A DNA stretch of 42,125 nt from an uncultured Alphaproteobacteria bacterium (GTDB lineage: Bacteria > Pseudomonadota > Alphaproteobacteria > Methylaequorales > Methylaequoraceae): assembly GCA_964473045.1 (NCBI GenBank), contig CAYYMX010000001.1, forward strand, positions 1 to 42,125, read 5' to 3'. The notes under the pieces were generated by a model. That model searched no databases and was not told the DNA's origin. It saw only the letters and a list, made by a program, of their open reading frames with translations. The number at the start of each line of letters is the position of its first letter. Positions within the stretch are counted from its first letter, which is position 1. A program made the translations under genes and the position numbers. This document shows positions 19,778-29,779 of the stretch, in pieces.

Positions 19778-20353
19778 ATGTTTTCTGGCATAATTCAAAC
19801 CATTGGTAAAATTAAAAAAATTGATAGAAAAAATAAAATATTAATTGTTAATTCTAATTTTAAAAATTTGTCATTAGGCGAATCAATTAGTTGTTCAGGT
19901 ATTTGTTTGACAATCAGTAAGATTCAAAAAGATTGTTTTTTTTGTAATGTATCTACTGAAACCATTGATAAAACAAATCTAATATCTAAAAGAGTTGGAA
20001 ATGAATTAAACCTTGAGAGATCACTTAAAATGAATGACCCAATAAGTGGTCATTTAGTTTTTGGTCATGTCGACGGCACCTCAATAGTTAATGATGTTAA
20101 CTATGTTGGTGATTCTTGGGTAATATCTTTCAGTGCAAAAAAAAAAATAACTAAATTTTTAATTTCAAAATGCTCAATTTCGCTTGATGGAATTTCTTTA
20201 ACTGTTAATGGAGTTAATGAGGAAGGTTTTGATGTGACTATAATCCCTCATACTTGGAAAAATACAACTTTGAAAAATGTTAAGATAGGAAGTGCTTTGA
20301 ATACTGAAATTGATATGTTAGCTAGATATACTTTTAGAGCTTTAAAAAAATGA
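19778..20353 (+). CDS. ribE: riboflavin synthase alpha chain
   Basis: MFSGIIQ N-terminus and internal duplication (SCSGICLT / SISLDGISLTV). ATG 19778 preferred over TTG 19772. Confidence 0.92.
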   Translation: MFSGIIQTIGKIKKIDRKNKILIVNSNFKNLSLGESISCSGICLTISKIQKDCFFCNVSTETIDKTNLISKRVGNELNLERSLKMNDPISGHLVFGHVDGTSIVNDVNYVGDSWVISFSAKKKITKFLISKCSISLDGISLTVNGVNEEGFDVTIIPHTWKNTTLKNVKIGSALNTEIDMLARYTFRALKK

Positions 20354-21423
20354 AAACTTTTTTGTCACCAATAAATAAAATTTTAAAAGACCTTTCTAGT
20401 GGGAAGATGGTTGTAATTGTTGACGATGAGAATAGGGAAAATGAAGGAGACCTTATATTTTGTGCTGAAAATGTTTCTGCGGAAAAAATTAATTTCATGG
20501 CTAAATATGCAAGAGGATTAATATGCCTTGCCTTAGATAAAAGAAGGGTAGAAAAACTTAATTTAAAGTTAATGTCCGAAAGTAATCAAAGCAGACATAA
20601 AACAGCATTTACTATTTCTATTGAGTCCAAATCAGGTGTTACCACGGGTATAAGTGCAAAAGATAGAGCTAAAACAATAAAAGTAGCAGTTTCATCAAAA
20701 GCAAGGCCATCCGACATTGTTAGTCCAGGGCATATTTTTCCGCTTCTTGCAAAAGATGGAGGTGTTCTAGCTAGAGCAGGACATACAGAAGCTGCTGTTG
20801 ATTTATCGAGATTAGCTTTAGCCAAACCATTTGGAGTGATTTGTGAAATCATGAATGATGATGGAACAATGGCAAGATATGATGATTTGGTAAAATTTTG
20901 CAAAAAGCACAAATTAAAAATGTCATCAATAAAAGATTTGATAGAACACAGATTAAAAAAAGAAAAATTTGTAAAATGCATAAAATCAGACAATATTGTT
21001 TTGGGAAAGTCTAAGAAATTTAGGATACATATTTATAAAAACCTGATTGATGATACTGAACATTTGGCACTTGTTAAAGGAAAGATTTACAAAAATAAAG
21101 TTACTTATGTTAGAGTTCACAGCATAAATTTTTTTTCAGATCTGTTAGACGCTCATAATAGAGATCTTGAAAAAGCAATTGATATGATTTCAAAATTAGA
21201 TAGGGGAGTGATTGTTTTAATAAGGAACCCTAAAAAAGAATTGAAAAAGAGAGAGAACATTAAACTTAGAAAAAATATTATTCTTAAAGAATATGGAGTT
21301 GGTGCACAAATCCTTGTTGATTTAGGTGTCAAAAAAATAACTTTGTTGACGAAAACTTCTAAAAATATAATTGGGATTGATGGATTTGGTTTGCAAATAT
21401 TGGGAATAAAAAAGTTTATATGA
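20350..21423 (+). CDS. ribB: 3,4-dihydroxy-2-butanone-4-phosphate synthase fused to a degenerate GTP cyclohydrolase II-like domain (RibBA/RibBX type)
   Basis: The N-terminal half has RibB motifs ([23 protein letters not shown]). The C-terminal half aligns to RibA (VRVHS..., [14 protein letters not shown]) but lacks the Cys zinc ligands. Confidence 0.9.
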   Translation: MKTFLSPINKILKDLSSGKMVVIVDDENRENEGDLIFCAENVSAEKINFMAKYARGLICLALDKRRVEKLNLKLMSESNQSRHKTAFTISIESKSGVTTGISAKDRAKTIKVAVSSKARPSDIVSPGHIFPLLAKDGGVLARAGHTEAAVDLSRLALAKPFGVICEIMNDDGTMARYDDLVKFCKKHKLKMSSIKDLIEHRLKKEKFVKCIKSDNIVLGKSKKFRIHIYKNLIDDTEHLALVKGKIYKNKVTYVRVHSINFFSDLLDAHNRDLEKAIDMISKLDRGVIVLIRNPKKELKKRENIKLRKNIILKEYGVGAQILVDLGVKKITLLTKTSKNIIGIDGFGLQILGIKKFI

Positions 21424-21833
21424 AAAAAAGTAATTTATTAATAATAATTTCAAATTTTTATCCTGAAATTTCTGACAATTTACTAATGGGTTGTGAAAAA
21501 GTTTTGAAGGAAGAAAGTTTCTCCTATGAAAAAGTTTCTGTTGATGGATCTTTGGAAATTCCTTTTATACTTCAAAAATTTAAAGATAGGTATGAAGGTT
21601 TTGTGATTTTGGGTTGTATAATAAAGGGTGAAACAGATCATTATAATGTTGTAAAAGACATTACTTTTAATCAGATTTATAAACTTGCATACGAAAACAA
21701 ATTACCTCTTGGTTCTGCATTGTTAACCGTTGATAATTATGATCAAGCCCTCCAAAGATCGAAAGTTAATGGGAAAAACCTTGGTTCTAAAGCTGCAAAA
21801 GTTTGCATAAATTTAATAAAATTAATGAAATGA
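21420..21833 (+). CDS. ribH: 6,7-dimethyl-8-ribityllumazine synthase
   Basis: 137 aa. VDGSLEIP, ILGCIIKGETDHYNVV motif (canonical GxVIRGxTxHF-like). Operon position after ribBA. Confidence 0.9.
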   Translation: MKKSNLLIIISNFYPEISDNLLMGCEKVLKEESFSYEKVSVDGSLEIPFILQKFKDRYEGFVILGCIIKGETDHYNVVKDITFNQIYKLAYENKLPLGSALLTVDNYDQALQRSKVNGKNLGSKAAKVCINLIKLMK

Positions 21834-22291
21834 GAAAAAATCTAACACGTAAATCTCTAGGCAGATATGTTGCTGTCCAGGCAATATATAATTTACTTTG
21901 TCTGAAATCAAGTAAGGATGAAATTCTTAGTCATTTTTTATCAGAAAGAGACTTTAAATTAGAATTAGACTTTGGGTTCTACATAAAAAATAGAAATTTT
22001 GATAAAATTTTTTTTACTAATATTGTTAATGCATATGATGTCAGATGTGATTTTATTGAAAAACTAATAGTTGAGAACTTAGATAAAAAGTGGACCTTAA
22101 TGAGAATACCTATTGTTCTAAGTGCCATTCTTAAAGTCGCTGTTTCTGAAATGATAATATCCCCCAAAACATCTATTGGGGTATTGGCAACTGAATACAT
22201 ATTTTTAACGGAGTCATTTTTTTCTAAAAAAGAAAGTTCCTTTGTAAATGCTATATTGCAAAAAATTTATTTAATTCTAAAAAATGAATAA
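21830..22291 (+). CDS. nusB: transcription antitermination factor NusB
   Basis: ATG 21830 (ATGA overlap with the ribH stop). RKSLGRYVAVQAIY N-terminus and conserved ribH-nusB-thiL order. Confidence 0.85.
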   Translation: MRKNLTRKSLGRYVAVQAIYNLLCLKSSKDEILSHFLSERDFKLELDFGFYIKNRNFDKIFFTNIVNAYDVRCDFIEKLIVENLDKKWTLMRIPIVLSAILKVAVSEMIISPKTSIGVLATEYIFLTESFFSKKESSFVNAILQKIYLILKNE

Positions 22292-22294
22292 TTG

Positions 22295-23257
22295 ATGACA
22301 AATAAAAATAAAGAATTTGAATTGATAAAAAAGTTTTTTTTGCCATTAGCTAAAAATCAAGAATCTTTAAACTTGTCAAACGATGCTGCAATAATAAAAT
22401 TAGAAAAACAAAATTTAGTTGTTTCAACTGATATGATTATAGAAGGTCAGCATTTTGAAAAAAAAACTGACCCAACTCTAATAGCTAAAAAACTTCTTAG
22501 AGTGAATTTGTCTGATTTAGCTGCAATGGGTGCTAAACCTTATGGATATCTTTTAAATCTTGCCATTCCACCAAAGAATTTAAACTTTTGGTTAAATAAA
22601 TTTACTCAAGGTTTAAAAGAGGACCAAAAAGAATTTGGTCTGAGTCTGTTTGGGGGAGATCTATGTAGGTCCTCAAAAATACACTTATCAGCAACAATTT
22701 TCGGCAAAGTTAAGGAAAAAGTTCACAAAATTAATTCAGCAAAAAAAGGTTCAGAGATTTTTGTTTCTGGGTATATAGGTGATGCGTCCATAGCCCATAG
22801 TTTTTCCAAGAAAAACCTTAAACTTAAACAAAACTTTAAAAATTATTTTTTGAAAAGGCTTTTGATTCCTGAGCCAAAGATTAAATTGGGTTTAAAACTT
22901 CTAAATTTTGCTGAATTTTGTACAGATTTGTCTGATGGTTTAATTGGAGACTTAGAAAAAGTTTGTGATTCATCTGGATTGTGCGCAAATATTTTTTTTG
23001 ATCAAATTCCTTTGTCAAATGCTACGAAAGAAATATTAAAAAGATTTGGTAATAGAAAAAAAATTTGGGAAACTATTTTGTGTGGTGGTGATGATTATGA
23101 ATTGATTTTTTCTTTAGATCCAATTAGTTCTAAAAAATTAAAAAAAGAAATTAAAATTTATAATATTGGTTTCTTTTCTGAAGGTAGGGGAGTTAAAATT
23201 TTTGATTATAATAAAAGATTGATAAACTTCAGAAAAGATGGTTTTAGCCATTTTTAA
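22295..23257 (+). CDS. thiL: thiamine-monophosphate kinase
   Basis: EFELIKKFF, DDAAII, STDMIIEGQHF, NLSDLAAMGAKP, TDLSDGL, GGDDYEL motifs of the AIR-synthase-related ThiL family. Confidence 0.9.
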   Translation: MTNKNKEFELIKKFFLPLAKNQESLNLSNDAAIIKLEKQNLVVSTDMIIEGQHFEKKTDPTLIAKKLLRVNLSDLAAMGAKPYGYLLNLAIPPKNLNFWLNKFTQGLKEDQKEFGLSLFGGDLCRSSKIHLSATIFGKVKEKVHKINSAKKGSEIFVSGYIGDASIAHSFSKKNLKLKQNFKNYFLKRLLIPEPKIKLGLKLLNFAEFCTDLSDGLIGDLEKVCDSSGLCANIFFDQIPLSNATKEILKRFGNRKKIWETILCGGDDYELIFSLDPISSKKLKKEIKIYNIGFFSEGRGVKIFDYNKRLINFRKDGFSHF

Positions 23258-23316
23258 TTTTTGATTGAACAAGTATACTGGTATGATATAGAATCCTATT
23301 ATAGTTTGGCCCTCAT

Positions 23317-25413
23317 ATGATTATAGAATTTTTAATTGTATTTATCTGTTCAATTTTATCACTAGTTTATGGTGTTATAGCTGTTAAACAAATACTTTCA
23401 GCACCTCAAGGTTCTGAGAAAATGATAGAGATTTCAGCTGCTATCCAAGAAGGAGCTCAAGCATATTTGAATAGGCAGTATATTACAATCGCAATTGTTG
23501 GAATTTTGATTGCCTCTCTATTGTACGTAGTTTTTAGTAGCCAATATGTAGCAATTGGTTTTATAATTGGTGCTTTTTTATCAGGTTTAGCAGGTTATAT
23601 TGGAATGTTTGTTTCAGTTCGAGCTAATGTAAGAACTACACAAGCTGCAACTGAAGGGCTTCAACAAGCACTTGATATTTCCTTTAAATCAGGTGCTATA
23701 ACAGGCTTTTTTGTTGTAGGGTTTGGTTTGTTAGGTTTGATTGTTTATTACTGGTTTTTATGCAACGAATTCGGAATCCTTGGTGGAAGAGAAATAATTG
23801 AACCGATGGTTGCTCTTAGCTTTGGTGCCTCCTTGATATCAATTTTTGCGAGACTTGGTGGTGGAATTTTTACAAAGGGAGCTGATGTAGGTGCTGATCT
23901 GGTTGGAAAGATAGAAGCTGGGATTCCTGAAGATGATCCTAGAAACCCTGCCGTTATTGCAGATAATGTTGGTGACAATGTTGGTGATTGTGCCGGCATG
24001 GCAGCTGATCTTTTTGAAACTTATGCAGTGACTATTGTTGGTACTATGGTTTTAGGTCTAATTCTTTTTACCGGAGTAGATCAACAAATATTTATGATGT
24101 TTCCACTCTTGATTGCCGGTCTGTGTATTGTATCCTCTTTAATAGGTAGTTTTTATGTAAAGCTTGGTGATTCTGATGATATTATGTGGGCTCTATACAA
24201 GGGGCTAGGAATTACTGGAATTATATCAGTAATCTTGATTTTTTTTCTTATTCATCTCTATATAGGAATAGATCAAGTAATTATAAACAATGATTTATTT
24301 ATTGAATCTTTTTCTGGTATTGATCTCTTCTACTGTTCAGTAATTGGTCTATCTGTTACTGGTTTACTAGTGTGGATTACGGAATACTATACTAGTACAA
24401 AGTTTGCTCCAGTTAAGTCTGTAGCAGATTCTTCACAGTCTGGACATGCTACCAATATAATTCAAGGTCTAGCAGTTTCAATGCAATCAACGACTTTACC
24501 AACTATTGTGATTATTCTTGGAATTATTTTTTCATACAAGTTTGCAGGTTTATATGGCATCTCCATTGCGGCTACAACAATGCTTGCTCTTGCAGGTATG
24601 ATTGTGGCGCTAGATGCGTATGGTCCAGTGACTGATAATGCAGGAGGTATTGCAGAAATGGCAAATTTACCTAGTGAAGTTAGAAAGACAACAGATGCTC
24701 TTGATGCAGTTGGCAATACAACGAAAGCTGTGACTAAGGGTTATGCAATAGGTTCTGCTGGACTTGCTTCACTTGTTCTTTTTGGAGCTTATACCCAAGA
24801 TCTAAAATATTATTTTCCACATTTGGATGTTAAATTCTCTCTTGAGGATCCTTTTGTTGTTATAGGACTATTGATTGGCGGAATGCTTCCTTATCTTTTT
24901 GGTTCAATGGGTATGACAGCTGTTGGGAAGACAGCACAGAAGATTGTCAATGAAGTAAGGCGTCAATTTAGAGAAAACAAGGGTATAATGACAGGAAGTT
25001 CAAAACCAGAGTATGGAAAAGCGGTTGATATTTTAACAAAAGGAGCAATTAATGCTATGATTATGCCTTCTTTGTTACCAGTCTTGGCTCCTTTTGCTAC
25101 TTACTTTATAATATTATTAATTACAGGTGATTCTGCTTCTGCATTTACCACTCTTGGAGCTATGCTTTTAGGAACAATTGTAACAGGATTGTTTGTGGCA
25201 ATTTCTATGACTTCTGGCGGAGGAGCTTGGGATAATGCAAAAAAATACATCGAGGACGGAAATTATGGCGGAAAGAATTCTGATGCTCATAAAGCTGCGG
25301 TTACGGGCGACACAGTTGGAGATCCGTATAAAGATACTGCTGGTCCAGCTATAAATCCTATGATAAAAATCGTGAATATTGTTTCAATTTTATTATTGGC
25401 TATATTATCCTAA
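23317..25413 (+). CDS. hppA: membrane-bound proton-translocating pyrophosphatase, K+-independent type
   Basis: 698 aa, about 16 TM helices. [56 protein letters not shown] (Lys/Thr signature of the K+-independent subfamily), [12 protein letters not shown]. Confidence 0.96.
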   Translation: MIIEFLIVFICSILSLVYGVIAVKQILSAPQGSEKMIEISAAIQEGAQAYLNRQYITIAIVGILIASLLYVVFSSQYVAIGFIIGAFLSGLAGYIGMFVSVRANVRTTQAATEGLQQALDISFKSGAITGFFVVGFGLLGLIVYYWFLCNEFGILGGREIIEPMVALSFGASLISIFARLGGGIFTKGADVGADLVGKIEAGIPEDDPRNPAVIADNVGDNVGDCAGMAADLFETYAVTIVGTMVLGLILFTGVDQQIFMMFPLLIAGLCIVSSLIGSFYVKLGDSDDIMWALYKGLGITGIISVILIFFLIHLYIGIDQVIINNDLFIESFSGIDLFYCSVIGLSVTGLLVWITEYYTSTKFAPVKSVADSSQSGHATNIIQGLAVSMQSTTLPTIVIILGIIFSYKFAGLYGISIAATTMLALAGMIVALDAYGPVTDNAGGIAEMANLPSEVRKTTDALDAVGNTTKAVTKGYAIGSAGLASLVLFGAYTQDLKYYFPHLDVKFSLEDPFVVIGLLIGGMLPYLFGSMGMTAVGKTAQKIVNEVRRQFRENKGIMTGSSKPEYGKAVDILTKGAINAMIMPSLLPVLAPFATYFIILLITGDSASAFTTLGAMLLGTIVTGLFVAISMTSGGGAWDNAKKYIEDGNYGGKNSDAHKAAVTGDTVGDPYKDTAGPAINPMIKIVNIVSILLLAILS

Positions 25414-25414
25414 T

Positions 25415-25882
25415 TTAGTCATCTGCTCTTCCACTACCTATAATAGGACCTCCTCTTCTCATGCCTGGAACCCCAATATTCCCTAAGATTTGTTTGAATA
25501 TATTTGGCTTGCGGCTAATAGCTTTTGTTTCAAGCGAAGACATATCAAAATTTTCTGTTTGGTTTTTATCGTAGTAGTATATTTTTTTAAGAATGTTAGA
25601 TTTGTCAAATTTTAATTCAACAACAATTTGTTCTTTTAGGTTTGGTTTTAGAAATGCAACCTTTGTATTGACTGATCCAAAGTAATAAAAAGAGTTGTCT
25701 CCTAGGGTTCCTTTAAAAGATGGATCACCCAAAATTTTCGAAACAGATGATTTGTCGTCTTTTCCAACTTTTAATATTGAGAAAATATCTGGATCTGGCA
25801 AATTTCCGTGAATCATTTTTTTGTTTATACAAGAACTTAAAAAAGATATCATTAGTGTGAAAGAAATTAGTCTTAAAAACAT
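25415..25882 (-). CDS. bamE: outer membrane protein assembly factor BamE (SmpA/OmlA lipoprotein)
   Basis: Start moved to the internal ATG at 25882 (MFLRLISFTLMISFLSSC lipobox). GNLPDP...KVGKDDKSSVSKILGDPS matches the BamE fold signature. Confidence 0.72.
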   Translation of the reverse strand: MFLRLISFTLMISFLSSCINKKMIHGNLPDPDIFSILKVGKDDKSSVSKILGDPSFKGTLGDNSFYYFGSVNTKVAFLKPNLKEQIVVELKFDKSNILKKIYYYDKNQTENFDMSSLETKAISRKPNIFKQILGNIGVPGMRRGGPIIGSGRADD

Positions 25883-25894
25883 ATCATTTAAAAA

Positions 25895-26401
25895 TTGAAT
25901 AAAAAATTTATAGATAATATTTACACAAAAATTTCGGATCAATCAAAAAAAACATTTTTTTTTGAAAAAATACTTGTTCCTAAAACTTTTAAAGCAAGGT
26001 TGGAATTATTTGAATTAAATCTAATTTTAATACTTTGGTATGCAAAAAAAAACAAACTAGACATGTTTTTTTCAGAAAGTTTACTAAGGAAGTTTATTAA
26101 AGATCTTGAAAATGCAATTAGAGAAATGGGAGTTTCTGATTTGTCAGTTGGAAAAAATATAAAAATTTTGATCGAGAATTTTTATGGTAGACTTTCTTCA
26201 TATACTAGTTCATTTGAAAACTCTAAAAATAGGTTGGAGTTTATAAAAAAGATTGTTTCAAGAAATTTTAATTCTAGTAATCTAAATTATGAAAAGTTAG
26301 CAGAATATGTAGATTTAAACATTCTGCATTTGATTGATCTTAAAACTTCAGATTTTTTTGAGCTGAAATTTGAATATTTAGATAATTACACCAAAAAATA
26401 A
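25895..26401 (+). CDS. ubiquinol-cytochrome c chaperone (Cbp3/UQCC-like) domain protein
   Basis: 168 aa. FKARLELFELNLILILW...LRKFIKDLENAIREMGVSDLSVGKNIK resembles the Ubiq_cyt_C_chap domain. It lies upstream of rpmF, as usual in alphaproteobacteria. Confidence 0.6.
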   Translation: MNKKFIDNIYTKISDQSKKTFFFEKILVPKTFKARLELFELNLILILWYAKKNKLDMFFSESLLRKFIKDLENAIREMGVSDLSVGKNIKILIENFYGRLSSYTSSFENSKNRLEFIKKIVSRNFNSSNLNYEKLAEYVDLNILHLIDLKTSDFFELKFEYLDNYTKK

Positions 26402-26468
26402 ATTTTAAAAAATCATTGTTATTTTTTTGTTTTTTTTGTAAAAGTCATTATTTACAAAGGAATCTTTA

Positions 26469-26681
26469 ATGGCTGTACCGAAAAGAAAAATTTCCCCTTC
26501 TAAAAGAAATATGCGACGTTCTCATGATCGTTTGGTAGGAAGAAACTTAGTTGAATGCCAGAATTGTGGAGAGTTTAAGTTAAGCCATCAAATCTGTCAG
26601 TCATGTGGATACTACAAAAAGAAAGAGGTAATCCAAATGGTTGATACAGATGAAGAAACAGAACAAGATTCAGAAGACTAG
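26469..26681 (+). CDS. rpmF: 50S ribosomal protein L32
   Basis: [20 protein letters not shown]-terminus, CxxC...CxxC zinc ribbon. Has an unusual acidic C-terminal tail. Confidence 0.94.
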   Translation: MAVPKRKISPSKRNMRRSHDRLVGRNLVECQNCGEFKLSHQICQSCGYYKKKEVIQMVDTDEETEQDSED

Positions 26682-26699
26682 TTTTTTGGGAATAAAGTT

Positions 26700-27701
26700 T
26701 TGACAAAAATAGTTCTTGCCATTGATATTATGGGTGGTGATTTTGGCCCTGGTACAACGATAGAAGGTGTGGTTATGGCTTCAGAATTATTCCCTCATGT
26801 AAAGTTTAAACTTTTTGGAGACAAAAAAGTCGCTGAAATTGAGTTAAAAAAAAATAAAAACTTTACTAATTATGAACTAGTTCACACAGAAGAGAAAATT
26901 GAATCTGGTGATGAACCTGTTAGCGCACTTAGAAAACTTAAAAAATCTAGTATGAGACTCGGGTTAAATGATGTGGCATCAGGTGATTGCCATGGATTTG
27001 TTTCTGCTGGAAATACTGGTGCATTAATGGCCATATCAAAATTTGTGCTTAAGACAATAGAGGGAGTAAGTAGACCTGCCATAGCGGGTTTGATGCCTAC
27101 TTTAAAAGGTCAAACAGTTGTTTTGGATCTAGGAGCAAATATAGAGTGTTCTAATGACAATCTAGTTCAATTTGCTTTAATGGGTGATATTTTTTCACAA
27201 CTTGTTTTGGGAGTAAAAAAGCCAAGGATTGGATTGTTAAATGTTGGTTCAGAACAAATTAAAGGGAATTTAGTTGTAAAGCAAACCTTTGATGATCTAA
27301 ATCAAATCCCTTCTAAAATAAATTTTTTTGGTTTTATAGAAGGTAATGATATAAATAAAGGGATTGTAGATGTGGTGGTAACGGATGGATTTTCAGGTAA
27401 TATAGCGCTTAAAACAGCAGAGGGAGTAGCCGAACTTATTTTTACATTCCTTAAAAACGCATACAAAAGTTCTATGTTGTCAAGAGTTGGATATTTACTG
27501 TCAAAACCAGCATTAAATAGATTTAAAACTAGAATTGATCCTCGAAAATATAATGGAGCGGTTTTATTAGGTTTAAATGGAATAGTTGTTAAAAGTCATG
27601 GTGGAACTGATGCTTTTGGTTTCTCTAATGCTGTAAGTGTCGCTGTTTCTCTTATTGAGAACTCTTACATTGACGAAATAAAGAAAAAATTGAATTTTTA
27701 A
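26700..27701 (+). CDS. plsX: phosphate acyltransferase PlsX
   Basis: IAIDIMGGDFGP, VSAGNTGALMA, DGFSGNIALKTAEG, VKSHGGTD. TTG start. Confidence 0.95.
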   Translation: MTKIVLAIDIMGGDFGPGTTIEGVVMASELFPHVKFKLFGDKKVAEIELKKNKNFTNYELVHTEEKIESGDEPVSALRKLKKSSMRLGLNDVASGDCHGFVSAGNTGALMAISKFVLKTIEGVSRPAIAGLMPTLKGQTVVLDLGANIECSNDNLVQFALMGDIFSQLVLGVKKPRIGLLNVGSEQIKGNLVVKQTFDDLNQIPSKINFFGFIEGNDINKGIVDVVVTDGFSGNIALKTAEGVAELIFTFLKNAYKSSMLSRVGYLLSKPALNRFKTRIDPRKYNGAVLLGLNGIVVKSHGGTDAFGFSNAVSVAVSLIENSYIDEIKKKLNF

Positions 27702-27721
27702 AGAATTTTTGGAGAAAAAAT

Positions 27722-28678
27722 ATGATTCATTCTAGAATTATTGGATATGGCCATTTTCTCCCAAAAAAAGTTGTAAAAAACAATGATCTGAAAAAGCTAG
27801 TTGATACCTCTGACGAGTGGATATATTCAAGAACTGGTATTAAGCAAAGGCATATAGCTAACAAGAAAGAATTAACTTCTGATTTGGCAATAAGAGCAGC
27901 AGAGAATGCTTTTCAATATGGAAATGTTGATCCAAAAAAAATCGATTATATTATTATGGCTACAACAACTCCAGACGAAACATTTCCATCAACAGCCACA
28001 AAAATTCAGCACCATTTCAAAATAAATAATATCCCATCATTTGATATTCAGGCGGTTTGTTCAGGCTTTATTTATTCTATTCAAGTTGCTGACTCATTAA
28101 TAAAATCAGAAAAAGCTAAGAACATTTTGGTTATAGGAGCAGAGACATTATCTAAAATAGTTGATTGGAAAGATAGGAGAACATGTGTTTTATTTGGGGA
28201 TGGAGCCGGCGCTATTATATTGTCATCAGATAAAAAAAAGGCTGGTGTGTTGTCAACAAAATTATATTCAGATGGATCTTGGCATGATAGCCTTTTTGCT
28301 GATGGTGGGCCATCAAAAAACCAGTTAGTTGGGAAGATTAGAATGAATGGACAAGATATTTTTAAGCAAGCTGTTAACAAGTTGGCTGATGCTACACTTA
28401 AAGGCCTTGAAGAATGCAACCTTAAAGTGAAAAATATAGACTGGTTTATTCCACACCAAGCTAATCAGAGGATAATATTAGGTACTGCAAAAAAAATTGG
28501 GATTGATCTAAAAAAAACAATTAGTACTGTAGAATATCATGCTAATACTTCGGCAGCATCTATTCCATTAGCCTTGTCAAGTTCAATTGAATCTGGGCTT
28601 GTTAAAAAGAATGATATTGTTGCCTTGTGTGCTATAGGTGGAGGGCTTACTTGGGGAAGTTGTATTTTAAAAATTTGA
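27722..28678 (+). CDS. fabH: 3-oxoacyl-ACP synthase III
   Basis: Active-site AVCSGFIY (Cys), HQANQRI (His), HANTSAASIPLAL (Asn), GGGLTWG. Confidence 0.95.
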   Translation: MIHSRIIGYGHFLPKKVVKNNDLKKLVDTSDEWIYSRTGIKQRHIANKKELTSDLAIRAAENAFQYGNVDPKKIDYIIMATTTPDETFPSTATKIQHHFKINNIPSFDIQAVCSGFIYSIQVADSLIKSEKAKNILVIGAETLSKIVDWKDRRTCVLFGDGAGAIILSSDKKKAGVLSTKLYSDGSWHDSLFADGGPSKNQLVGKIRMNGQDIFKQAVNKLADATLKGLEECNLKVKNIDWFIPHQANQRIILGTAKKIGIDLKKTISTVEYHANTSAASIPLALSSSIESGLVKKNDIVALCAIGGGLTWGSCILKI

Positions 28679-28694
28679 ACTATATAATTGTGCT

Positions 28695-29006
28695 ATGGAA
28701 AATAAAGTGTTAACCAAAGCACTAATAGTAAGTCAATTAAATGAGAACATTGGTCTTTCTAAAAGTGATTGCCAGATTTTTTTTGAGTATTTTATTCAAA
28801 TTATTGCCAACGAATTAAAAAACCATGAGTCGGTTAAAATTGTAAATTTTGGAGTTTTTAGTATAAGAAAAAAAAACTCTAGAATTGGAAGAAATCCAAG
28901 AACCAAAAAAGAAGTAGTTATTTCAAAGAGAACAGTTGTAAAGTTTAAAGCCTCAACTACTTTAACAAATTTAATTAATTCAAATAAAATCAATGAAAAG
29001 TTCTAG
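28695..29006 (+). CDS. ihfA: integration host factor subunit alpha
   Basis: 103 aa HU/IHF fold. NFGVFSIRKKNSRIGRNPRTKKEVVISKRTVVKFKAS arm motif. Confidence 0.9.
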   Translation: MENKVLTKALIVSQLNENIGLSKSDCQIFFEYFIQIIANELKNHESVKIVNFGVFSIRKKNSRIGRNPRTKKEVVISKRTVVKFKASTTLTNLINSNKINEKF

Positions 29007-29313
29007 TGCTCTCAAAACTATTGGAGAAGTTTCAAAAGTTTTAGAAGTCCCAGTTTACGTTGTCAGATTTTGGGAGAAAAAATTTAAAAATATTTCTCCC
29101 ATAAAGAAGTCTAGAGGGATGAGGTATTTTGATCAAAAGCAAATTTTATTACTAATGGAGATTAAAAATCTTTTGTATACAAAAAAATATTCTATTGAGG
29201 GAGCTAAGAAAGTTTTGTCAGAAAAAAATATCTCATTAGATATGACTAAGGTTGAATTAATTAGTGAACTTGAAAATTTAAAAGGTGAGATTGAAAAATA
29301 TTTACAATATTAA
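28993..29313 (+). CDS. small MerR-family HTH transcriptional regulator
   Basis: 106 aa. IGEVSKVLEVPVYVVRFWEKKF HTH motif plus a coiled-coil tail. The ihfA-merR-tRNA-Pro order is conserved in alphaproteobacteria. Confidence 0.75.
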   Translation: MKSSSALKTIGEVSKVLEVPVYVVRFWEKKFKNISPIKKSRGMRYFDQKQILLLMEIKNLLYTKKYSIEGAKKVLSEKNISLDMTKVELISELENLKGEIEKYLQY

Positions 29314-29314
29314 T

Positions 29315-29391
29315 CGGGGCGTAGCGCAGTTTGGTAGCGCGTCCGTCTGGGGGGCGGGAGGTCGCTGGTTCAAATCCAGTCGTCCCGACCA
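29315..29391 (+). tRNA. tRNA-Pro (anticodon GGG)
   Basis: Folded by hand. 7-bp acceptor (CGGGGCG/CGTCCCG), D-arm GCGC/GCGC, anticodon stem TCCGT/GCGGG, loop CTGGGGG, T-arm GCTGG-TTCAAAT-CCAGT, encoded CCA. Confidence 0.93.
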
Positions 29392-29402
29392 AAAAGATAC
29401 TA

Positions 29403-29720
29403 ATGGCTGGTTCAATTAAATTGTATTATACTACTTGCGGCAAAATTGTTGATGCCAGAAAATTAGCAAAGAAGCTTCTTGAATCAAAATCTGCTGTTTG
29501 TGTTAATATTATTGGGGATATTGAAAGTCATTTTTTAGACAAGAAAAAAGTTAGTTGTTCAAATGAAGTTGTGTTGATAATAAAGTCAAATTTAGAAAAA
29601 AAAAAAATAAAAAAAATTATTTAATTAAAAAATGATTATGATATTCCGTTCATAATTGAAGTCAAAACTGATAGTGCAAATAAAAAATATTTAAACTGGG
29701 CTTTAGAAGTTATGAAATAA
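29403..29720 (+). pseudogene. cutA: divalent-cation tolerance protein CutA interrupted by an in-frame TAA (29622-29624)
   Basis: ATG 29403. The N-terminal part (LYYTTCGKIVDARKLAKKLLESKSAVCVNII...EVVLIIKS) and the same-frame continuation after the TAA (LKNDYDIPFIIEVKTDSANKKYLNWALEVMK) together align to full-length CutA, about 105 aa. Confidence 0.8.
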
Positions 29721-29779
29721 AGTTTTTTGTTCTGTTGACACTTTTTGTTTTTGAGTTATTTTTCATTGGATTGTTGATT

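Noticed and set aside
29331-29402. N-terminal 24 codons of track ORF 29331..29624 (MVARPSGGREVAGSNPVVPTKKIL).
   Set aside because: This stretch is the translation of tRNA-Pro (29315-29391). The real CDS (cutA) begins at ATG 29403.
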